Positions 23,743 through 30,227 of a stretch of DNA of 32,000 nt are shown here, in pieces (position 1 is the stretch's first letter; each line of letters opens with the position of its first letter). This DNA is from Schaalia odontolytica. GTDB lineage: Bacteria; Actinomycetota; Actinomycetes; Actinomycetales; Actinomycetaceae. Below the pieces are notes generated by a model. It was not told where the DNA came from and made no database searches. It saw nothing but the letters and a program-made list of their open reading frames with translations. The translations under genes and the position numbers were made by a program. The DNA lies in assembly GCF_005696695.1 (NCBI RefSeq), contig NZ_CP040006.1, positions 2,280,001 through 2,312,000 of the forward strand, written 5' to 3'.

Positions 23743-25677
23743 TCAGCCCTGGGGAGCGGCCGGGGGCTGACCGCCCTGACCCGGACCGCCCGCCGGGGGC
23801 TGACCGCCCTGACCCGGACCGCCCGCCGGGGGCTGACCGCCAGCCGGCGGCTGGCCACCCTGTTCCGGACCGCCGGCCGGGGGCTGACCGCCCATCCCCA
23901 TGCCGCCCTGGCCTGCGGTCGCCTCTGTGGCAGTGCCGTCGACGCTCACCGTGTAGGTGGAGCCGTTGGTCATGCCCGAGGTCGAGTAGATGACGTTACC
24001 GAAGGCCTTCAGCGAGGTGTAGGTGCCCAGGACCGTGCCGGAGGCATCGGTGATCGTCACCGTGGATCCGGCGGAGCCGGTCGCGGAGGCGGAGACCCAG
24101 CCCTGGCCGTCGGTCATGGTCGGCGTCTCCACCATCTCATTGGTCGCGAAGGCGATGACCGTGCCACCCGTGATGCTCATGGCTCCGTTGGAATCCAGGG
24201 CGCCGTTCGCGCCGGACGCCGGGCCGTAGACGGTCGTCGTGCCGCCGCTGATGGTCAGCGAGCCGTTGGAGTCGAGGCCGTCGCCGTTCGCGTTGACGGT
24301 CACGGTGCCGCCGCTGATGGTGAGCTGCTCGCCGGTGTCTTCCATCGAGCCGCCGCCGTCAGCCATGCCACCGGGGCCCATCCGCTGGGTGGTGGTCGTA
24401 TCGGAGCTGGATTCGGCGACTGCGGCCAGGCCGGCCTCGACCGTGATCGAGCCCGAGGCGTTGATGCCGTCGTCGCTCGAGGTCAGGTCGACGGTACCGT
24501 CGGAGATCGTGATGAGGCCACCCTCGAGGGCCTCGTTCGACTGCGTGACGGTCACGGTTGCGCCGTCCAGGACGGCCGCGACCTCGGTGTGCACACCATC
24601 GTCGCCGGAGGCGGCGGTGATCGTGCCGGAGCTCAAGCGCAGGGCGCCGTTGGAGTGAATGGCGTCATCCCCGGCGTCGATGGTGGTCGTGCCGCCATCG
24701 ACGATGATGTAGGTCTGCGCCTTGATGCCCTTGGCCGAGCCCGTGGAGGGCTCGCCGGCCGAGGCGCCGCCGCCCGAAGTGATCGACAGGGTGCCGCCGG
24801 TGACGATCGCGTCCGTGTACGCGTCGATGCCGTCGCCGCCCGAGGTCAGAGTGACGGTGCCGTCCGCGATGTTGACGTAGCCCTTGGTGTCGTCGTTGTC
24901 CTGGTCGGACTTGAGGGCGTCGCCGCCGGAGTTCACGGTGACGGTGCCGCCGGCAACGGTCAGGGAGTCCTTGCCGCGCAGGCCGTCGTCCGAGGCGGTC
25001 GCGTTGATCGTGCCGCTCAGGACGTACAGGTCGTCCTTGGAGGTGATCGCGTCCGAGGCGCCGGAGGTCACGTTGAGCGTGCCCGAGCCGGTGATCGTCA
25101 GGTCCATGTCGGCGTAGATCGCGGCGTTCGCGTCCTCGGTGCCGGTGTAGGTTCCGTCGGTGATCGTCGAGGTGCCCTCGAGGGACAGGACGAGGTCGTC
25201 ACCGCTGGTCGCCTCGATCGCGGCGCCCGTCGAGGAGGTGATGGTCGCGTTATCGAGAATCAGGACAACCTGGTCCTCAGCTCCCGCGGCCACGACAACC
25301 TTGCCGGTGAAGGAGCCGCTGAGCTTGTAGACGCCGGCCTTGGAGATGGTCAGCACGCCGTCGCTCACGGACACGGCGTCGGACGAGGAGGTCGCGGTTG
25401 TGCCGCTGAGCGTCACATCGACGGCGTCCGAGGCCTTCCAGTCGCTGTCCTTCACGTAGGAGGCCTTCGCGTTCGAGGCCAGGGCGTCAGCCGCGGTGGG
25501 CGGCGCGGTCGTGTCGCCATTGGTTCCAGAAGCCGCAACGGTCGCGGTGGCCGTGGTGGAGCCGGAGCCGGATGAGGTCACGCCCGCGGAGCTGCAGGCT
25601 CCCAGCGCGAGGGTTCCGACGAGGGCGATCGCGCCGATCGTCCGGGCGGGGGTCCAGAATTTCTGAAGGGCTTTCAT
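23743..25677 (-). CDS. Lipoprotein with Cthe_2159-like beta-helix 'carbohydrate-binding' domain and Gly/Gln/Pro repeat tail
   Basis: Lipobox LALGAC-SS. Reiterated T/S/G/D-rich strands of the form (ITSGG..., VTVNSGGDALKS, IDAGDDAIHSNG, LTSSDDGINASG, VNANGDGLDSNG) are typical of the Cthe_2159/DUF4353 family as I recall it. C-terminal GGQPPAGGPGQ repeats. Confidence 0.8.
   Translation of the reverse strand: MKALQKFWTPARTIGAIALVGTLALGACSSAGVTSSGSGSTTATATVAASGTNGDTTAPPTAADALASNAKASYVKDSDWKASDAVDVTLSGTTATSSSDAVSVSDGVLTISKAGVYKLSGSFTGKVVVAAGAEDQVVLILDNATITSSTGAAIEATSGDDLVLSLEGTSTITDGTYTGTEDANAAIYADMDLTITGSGTLNVTSGASDAITSKDDLYVLSGTINATASDDGLRGKDSLTVAGGTVTVNSGGDALKSDQDNDDTKGYVNIADGTVTLTSGGDGIDAYTDAIVTGGTLSITSGGGASAGEPSTGSAKGIKAQTYIIVDGGTTTIDAGDDAIHSNGALRLSSGTITAASGDDGVHTEVAAVLDGATVTVTQSNEALEGGLITISDGTVDLTSSDDGINASGSITVEAGLAAVAESSSDTTTTQRMGPGGMADGGGSMEDTGEQLTISGGTVTVNANGDGLDSNGSLTISGGTTTVYGPASGANGALDSNGAMSITGGTVIAFATNEMVETPTMTDGQGWVSASATGSAGSTVTITDASGTVLGTYTSLKAFGNVIYSTSGMTNGSTYTVSVDGTATEATAGQGGMGMGGQPPAGGPEQGGQPPAGGQPPAGGPGQGGQPPAGGPGQGGQPPAAPQG
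23762..23827 (-). repeat. 33-bp perfect tandem duplication (plus degenerate flanking copies) encoding GGQPPAGGPGQ units
   Basis: GGGGGCTGACCGCCCTGACCCGGACCGCCCGCC at 23762-23794 and again at 23795-23827. Diverged copies continue to about 23900. Confidence 0.9.
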
Positions 25678-25774
25678 GTGTCTGTTTCTTTCGTGTGATT
25701 AAAGCTTGTGTTTCTTATGCTCAGCGCTTTCGTTTCGCGTGCTGTCGAAACCGCGGGCGCCGTTATGAGGTCTG

Positions 25775-26596
25775 TCAGGCCGCCATCGCAAGGGGCGCGG
25801 AGTGCGCGAGCTCGGGAACCTCCACATATTCGTGAAAGTAGCGGTCCAGCGTGCGGTGCCACTTATTCGCGGGCAGGTGGTGCATGGCGGCCATCGCGGT
25901 CCCGTACTTGGAGATCTTCACGGGTCGCACGCCGCCCTCCCACAGGAGGTGGTCGACGATCGAAGGGGTCGCGCCCGACTTCGTTTCGATGATGACCAGG
26001 TCGGGGCGAGCAACCTCGGTGCCGTCCGTGCGCAGCGAGCGCCACTTCAAGTCGGTGTCCACCGTCGCGCGTCCCACGCCACCAGGCAGGAGCAGGGTGT
26101 TGCGCTCGTAGGATCCAGCCAGGACCGGCTCGAGCGCTGGCACCAGGTGGCCATAACCCGTCTTCTCAACCTTGCCGGCCACCCACTGGCGGCGCTCACC
26201 CGCGAGAGGGGCCCCGGCCTCGTCCCACGAGATCGGCATACGCTTCTTGACCGTCACGCCGCGCGGGCCGCGGGTCTTGACCTCCAGGAAGGACGCGCCC
26301 GACGAGAGGTAAGAGCGGGTGCGGACCTTGAAGCGGCGGCGGCGCTTGAGCGCAGTCAGCAGGTACGAATCCATGTCGGGGGTGTCGTAGTAGGTGGAGG
26401 CGTAGCCCTGGGACACCTGGCCGTCAATCTGCAGGACCAACGCGTCCTCAGGGAGGCGGCTCAGAATCGCCGAGGCCGTGGCCGCGTCCAGCGCGTACTT
26501 GCGGTCCACTCGGGTCAGCATCGCCGCACGCTTATTCAGTTCATCGAGGCCGATCGCATCGAGGTCAGCGAGAATCGAGTTCAGGGTGGCGTTCAT
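25775..26596 (-). CDS. VTC-domain (polyphosphate polymerase-like, CYTH/TTM tunnel fold) protein
   Basis: 273 aa. MLTRVDRKYAL, YYDTPD...RRRRFKVRTRSY, FLEVKTRG and VIIETKSG match the basic-tunnel strand pattern of bacterial VTC-domain proteins. AAGGA RBS. Confidence 0.8.
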   Translation of the reverse strand: MNATLNSILADLDAIGLDELNKRAAMLTRVDRKYALDAATASAILSRLPEDALVLQIDGQVSQGYASTYYDTPDMDSYLLTALKRRRRFKVRTRSYLSSGASFLEVKTRGPRGVTVKKRMPISWDEAGAPLAGERRQWVAGKVEKTGYGHLVPALEPVLAGSYERNTLLLPGGVGRATVDTDLKWRSLRTDGTEVARPDLVIIETKSGATPSIVDHLLWEGGVRPVKISKYGTAMAAMHHLPANKWHRTLDRYFHEYVEVPELAHSAPLAMAA

Positions 26597-26674
26597 GAGT
26601 CGTGTCCTTAGTAGTGGCGGTCTGCGGGGTGGCGGTCGTGTCGGCGTCTGCTGGCGAGCCGGTGGGCCGGCGTA

Positions 26675-27217
26675 TCAGGCGACCTTCGAGCGGACGTCCA
26701 CGAGAGTCAGGTCGTTCACGAGGTCGAGCTTGACGACGCTGACCGAGGCGACGGACGCGCCGAGGCGCTGCTCGAGGGCCGCCTTCAGCTCGGCGGGGTC
26801 GGCGATCGCGCGGTCCAGCTGGACGGTCTGCGAAGTGTAGCGGCCGAAGACCAGCTTCGAGTCACCGAAGGCCAGTGCCACGAGGATCAGGGCAATGAGG
26901 CCACCGAGCAGCGGGGTCACCGCCGAAGACATGCCCGTCAGCAGGCCAAGAGCCAGCGACGCGAAGTAGTAGGCGATCTCCGTCTGCGAGATCTGATCCG
27001 AACGCAGTCGGATGATCGAGAGAACACCGAAGAGGCCGAGGCCCAGGCCCGCGCTCACGGTCGAGTTCGCGAGGATGATCGTGACGGCGAGGACGCCGAC
27101 ATTCACACCGAGGAAGGCTGCGACCAGGTCAGCGCGGCGATGGCGTGGGAAGTACAGGCCGAACACGAGGGCGGCCATGGCGACCAGGTCAATGGCAATC
27201 AGGATCAGGGCGGTCAT
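26675..27217 (-). CDS. DUF4956 domain-containing membrane protein
   Basis: 180 aa from ATG 27217, with an AAGGAG RBS 6 nt upstream. About 4 TM helices. FGVLSIIRLRSDQISQTEIAYYF resembles the DUF4956 core. It sits first in the operon with the VTC gene. Confidence 0.8.
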   Translation of the reverse strand: MTALILIAIDLVAMAALVFGLYFPRHRRADLVAAFLGVNVGVLAVTIILANSTVSAGLGLGLFGVLSIIRLRSDQISQTEIAYYFASLALGLLTGMSSAVTPLLGGLIALILVALAFGDSKLVFGRYTSQTVQLDRAIADPAELKAALEQRLGASVASVSVVKLDLVNDLTLVDVRSKVA

Positions 27218-27506
27218 TGGGATCTCCTTTTGTCGATGCACCAATTTCCCCACGCGACCCTATGAAGAACCTATGAAGCTCTCATATTTCTCATATGACT
27301 TTTGGGAGTGTTGCTGTGAAGCTGTGAATGCCGGCGGCTGGGCGGGCGTTTTTCGGCGTTTTTCTGCGGTTTCTCTCGCTGTGAATCCAACGCACTTTTC
27401 AATCGCTACACGAGTTGCCAAACCTCCAATCGCCGGATCATCGCTCTTGTTGGGCCGGGCTGCTTTGAGTGCCCGTGGGCGGCGGCCCGCCTCATTGATG
27501 GCGTTG

Positions 27507-27566
27507 CTTGTGGTCCCACGGGTGTTCCGGGCGCCGGAGGGCCCGGAACACCCGTGGGACCACAAG
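27507..27566. repeat. 26-bp perfect inverted repeat with 8-nt spacer
   Basis: CTTGTGGTCCCACGGGTGTTCCGGGC (27507-27532), spacer gccggagg, then GCCCGGAACACCCGTGGGACCACAAG (27541-27566). No adjacent T-tract. Confidence 0.95.
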
Positions 27567-27726
27567 CACGACAAAATTCGCCCTGCTCGCCTCCATCAGC
27601 GCCCATGCGCGAAAAAGTTCGCCCAGCGCACGCAAAACACCCCAAAATCGGCCTTTTTTCGCCTGCTGGGCGAATTTTTTCGCGGTTTGGACCAGAATCC
27701 ACTCCTGTTGGGCGAACTTTTTCGCG
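27567..27726. repeat. Four copies of an 18-bp element containing the dyad GCGAA-N4-TTCGC (two inverted, two direct)
   Basis: - a: CACGACAAAATTCGCCCT (27567-27584, degenerate).
- b: CGCGAAAAAGTTCGCCCA (27608-27625).
- c: TGGGCGAATTTTTTCGCG (27667-27684).
- d: TGGGCGAACTTTTTCGCG (27709-27726).
- b is the exact reverse complement of d.
- Spacings are a-b 41 nt and c-d 42 nt, and the set is symmetric about ~27646. Confidence 0.9.
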
Positions 27727-27772
27727 CCGATGGGGCCACAGCTGCCTCACAACACCTGCCGACCGCCTTGCC

Positions 27773-27935
27773 TGAAACCGATGACACCAATGCGGGTGGC
27801 TCTTTGCCTCGAGATGAAACCGCTGACACCTCTGCGAGCTCCTTTCCGCACACGGTTGAAACCACTGACACCTTTGCTCGCACGAAACGACCAATTCCGG
27901 GCCATTTTCTGCCCGCAAAGGTGTCACGGGTTTCA
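27773..27935. repeat. TGAAACCnnTGACACC motif: three direct copies at exact 42-bp period plus one inverted copy
   Basis: Direct copies at 27773-27788, 27815-27830 and 27857-27872. Inverted copy GGTGTCACGGGTTTCA at 27920-27935. The third and fourth copies extend to a 21-bp inverted repeat (2 mismatches) with a 37-nt spacer. Confidence 0.9.
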
Positions 27936-27993
27936 TGCACCCCTCGCCGAGCACCCACAAAGGCGATGACGGTTTCACGAACTCTCATCAATG

Positions 27994-28039
27994 TCCCAAC
28001 AGAGTTACCCCCGGGATCCCAACAGAGTTGCCACCGGGA
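27994..28039. repeat. 23-bp tandem repeat x2 (21/23 identical)
   Basis: TCCCAACAGAGTTACCCCCGGGA (27994-28016) and TCCCAACAGAGTTGCCACCGGGA (28017-28039), about 85 nt upstream of the NmrA-like start. Confidence 0.9.
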
Positions 28040-28122
28040 TCACCCCCGCCAGGCGCTACACCCACAGCCCAAGCCTTGCGTGGCGTGCGCACACGCCACA
28101 ACGCCGGTGGCACACTGGCCAC

Positions 28123-29031
28123 ATGACTGACACCCCCACTCCCCGAGCCCACACAAACGAGCCGGCCCAGGCCTCGTCCCTCCCGTCCCTTGCGATCACC
28201 GGCGCGTCCGGGAACGTCGGAGGCACCACCGCCCGACTCCTGTCCGAGCGCAGCCTGCCCCTGCGCTTGCTCGCGAACACGCCGTCGCGCGCGCCCGAGC
28301 TGCCGGGTGCCGTCGCGGTGAAGTGCTCGTACGAGGACACCCTCACGACGCGCGTCGCGCTGGAAGGCGTTGACGTCCTCTTCATGGTGTCCGCGCCCGA
28401 GAGCGAGGAGCGCCTGTCCAAGCACCTCGCCTTCGTCGACGCGGCGGCCGCCTCCGGGGTGCGCCACATCGTGTACTTGTCGTTCATGAACGCGGCGCCC
28501 GACTCGACGTTTACGCTGGCGCGCACGCACTTCCACACGGAGGAGCGCATTAAGGCGTCGGGCATGACGTACACGTTCTTGCGCGATAACTTCTACGCGG
28601 ACTTTTTCGTGGCGCTGCCGGACGAGGAGGGCCGCATCCTTGGGCCCGCGGGCGACGGGCGCGTCGGCGTGGTCGCGCGCGAGGACGCGGGGCGCGTGGC
28701 CGCCGGGGTCCTGGTGGATCCGGGGCGCTACGAGAATCAGACTCTCGACGTGACGGGTCCCGAGGCCCTGACCCTCGATGAGATCGCCGCAATCCTCACC
28801 CGTGTGCAGGGCCGGCCCGTCACCTACGTGCGCGAAACCGTCGAGGAGGCGTACGAATCGCGCAAGAAGTGGCCGGCCGCCCAGTGGGAGTACGACTCGT
28901 GGGTGTCGACCTACACGTCGATCGCGCGCGGCGAGATGGACGTCGTCTCCACGACCGTGCGCGACGTGACGGGCCGCGACCCGCTCACCTTCGAGGAGGT
29001 TGCCCGGGCAGCGCTCGCGTCGCGCCGCTGA
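28123..29031 (+). CDS. NmrA-like / atypical SDR family NAD(P)-binding protein
   Basis: 302 aa from ATG 28123. Rossmann motif LAITGASGNVGG. VDVLFMVS...VRHIVYLS...TFLRDNFYADF is typical of NmrA-like proteins. The ORF extension back to 27991 runs through the tandem repeats and is rejected. Confidence 0.8.
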   Translation: MTDTPTPRAHTNEPAQASSLPSLAITGASGNVGGTTARLLSERSLPLRLLANTPSRAPELPGAVAVKCSYEDTLTTRVALEGVDVLFMVSAPESEERLSKHLAFVDAAAASGVRHIVYLSFMNAAPDSTFTLARTHFHTEERIKASGMTYTFLRDNFYADFFVALPDEEGRILGPAGDGRVGVVAREDAGRVAAGVLVDPGRYENQTLDVTGPEALTLDEIAAILTRVQGRPVTYVRETVEEAYESRKKWPAAQWEYDSWVSTYTSIARGEMDVVSTTVRDVTGRDPLTFEEVARAALASRR

Positions 29032-29055
29032 CTGTCACGAGTGTGGCTTGGTGGG

Positions 29056-29093
29056 CCCCGGTTTCGCTTCTCTTCTCAGGGACGAAGCCGGGG
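29056..29093 (+). terminator. Candidate terminator after NmrA-like gene
   Basis: Stem CCCCGGTTTCG (29056-29066) / CGAAGCCGGGG (29083-29093) with one G-U position and a 16-nt loop, followed by TTCCCTC. It is 25 nt past the stop. Confidence 0.4.
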
Positions 29094-29108
29094 TTCCCTC
29101 ATGCGCTC

Positions 29109-30062
29109 ATGCTTGCCGCCTGCGTCACACTCCTGGTAGCGTCGGAGCATGAACAACGAGCCCTTCTGCACTCTTCGGAGGCAACACGCCCGCGCCCAGG
29201 CGTGGTGGTAACTGTGGCTCGTCCTTCATCACTTTTGGCGAGAAAACCTCACGACAGTTCTCCTCGGGGTGTGGACCTGGCTGCGCGAGACTTGTGGAAG
29301 CTCACCGCGATAGCCATTGTCGTTAACGCCGTCTTGGCGGTGGGCGCCTACTGGGTTTTCTCTTTCATTCGCATCGGCCCGCTACAGCTGCTCTTCATCT
29401 GGTTCCCCCTGTATCTGTGCGCGGCGCTTCCTCACCTCATCGAAATGACTGTGCGCCCGTTCTGGTCATCGCACCCCCATTACGAGGACGGCTCCATCGT
29501 CATTTGGGGCAACCACCAGTCGATCGCGCTCGTCACGACCGGACTTCTGCTGTACGCCTTCGCGGGCGGGACGATGGCCGCGGGTTTCACGACCGGACAA
29601 CCCTTCCATGCGGCGCTGTATGTGTTCGCCGCTGCGTCCATGGCCTACCTCGAGTGCAGCCGAAATCCCGGCAAGGACCTCGTCATCGCCCTGACTGACA
29701 AGCAAAAGACAACTCTGACCCCCGAGGGAATCTCGTTCCACTTCCCGGAGCTACTGTCCGTCGAGAAAGACTCAAACGACCGGGATGTCACCATCCTGTG
29801 GTCGGATAATGTCACGATCGACAGCATCCTCAGTCCAACTATATTTCTCGAAGCAGACCCTGACATATACGGCGGACCATGGGGCATCTCGTCCGAGCGC
29901 ATCGGCATCCCCTTCACCGGCCTCGACGCGCTCATCCGGCACTTCAACGAGCACCCCGAGGACCGCCCACTCCTGGCCACACCGCAGGGCGTCGACCTCG
30001 TCAACGACATCCTCGCTGAGGCCCGCGCAGCACTCACAACCCCACAAAGGAGCCACGCATGA
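29109..30062 (+). CDS. Hypothetical 4-TM membrane protein with ~130-aa soluble C-terminal domain (possibly PH-like)
   Basis: Predicted TM helices: LWKLTAIAIVVNAVLAVGAYWVF, LQLLFIWFPLYLCAALPHLI, IALVTTGLLLYAFAGGTMAAGF, FHAALYVFAAASMAYL. Start is uncertain (ATG 29109, GTG 29214 or GTG 29271; none has a good SD). GC is lower than in neighbouring genes. No family recognised. Confidence 0.55.
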   Translation: MLAACVTLLVASEHEQRALLHSSEATRPRPGVVVTVARPSSLLARKPHDSSPRGVDLAARDLWKLTAIAIVVNAVLAVGAYWVFSFIRIGPLQLLFIWFPLYLCAALPHLIEMTVRPFWSSHPHYEDGSIVIWGNHQSIALVTTGLLLYAFAGGTMAAGFTTGQPFHAALYVFAAASMAYLECSRNPGKDLVIALTDKQKTTLTPEGISFHFPELLSVEKDSNDRDVTILWSDNVTIDSILSPTIFLEADPDIYGGPWGISSERIGIPFTGLDALIRHFNEHPEDRPLLATPQGVDLVNDILAEARAALTTPQRSHA

Positions 30063-30208
30063 GCACCAAGAAACGCATCCTCGTCACCCTGATCGTCGCG
30101 GTCCTGGCCGCGATCGTCATCTTCCCGATGCTGCCCCTCGAATACCGAGACCGCGTCGTCGCGATCCTCACCCACCCGCTGTACTACCTGGGCTTGGGTA
30201 ACTGGTGA
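30059..30208 (+). CDS. 49-aa single-TM small protein, translationally coupled (not in supplied ORF track)
   Basis: Sequence: MSTKKRILVTLIVAVLAAIVIFPMLPLEYRDRVVAILTHPLYYLGLGNW. ATG 30059 overlaps the upstream TGA (ATGA). Canonical AAGGAG lies 6 nt upstream. About 90% of its codons end in G/C, as expected for real coding sequence in this genome. Confidence 0.65.
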   Translation: MSTKKRILVTLIVAVLAAIVIFPMLPLEYRDRVVAILTHPLYYLGLGNW

Positions 30209-30227
30209 GCGCTCCGATAGAACGCGC

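Noticed and set aside
27567-27935. Possible CRISPR array, given regularly spaced repeats at a 42-bp period.
   Set aside because: - There are only 2-3 direct copies per motif, and the motifs are 16-18 bp, shorter than CRISPR repeats.
- The 'spacers' are similar to each other.
- Copies occur in both orientations, and no cas genes are in the window.
27012-28130. A 372-aa plus-strand ORF, together with overlapping ORFs 27260-27574, 27406-27978, 27508-27969 and 27596-27991, covers the large intergenic region.
   Set aside because: - Several frames on both strands are open at once, which points to a scarcity of stop codons and not to coding.
- The translations are Cys/Trp/Phe/Arg-rich, or simply echo the DNA repeats (CWANFFA, LKPMTPMR).
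- None has an RBS, and the longest runs antisense through the DUF4956 gene.
- I treat the region as non-coding repeats.
28869-29108. Upstream extension of the membrane-protein ORF, overlapping the NmrA-like gene by 160 nt.
   Set aside because: It is out of frame within a well-supported gene, it passes through the candidate terminator hairpin, and its translation is Arg-rich.
29032-30227. Calling the low-GC insert a mobile element.
   Set aside because: I could not identify a transposase, integrase, terminal inverted repeats or flanking direct repeats. Only the compositional evidence stands, so it is reported as a finding and not as a mobile_element feature.
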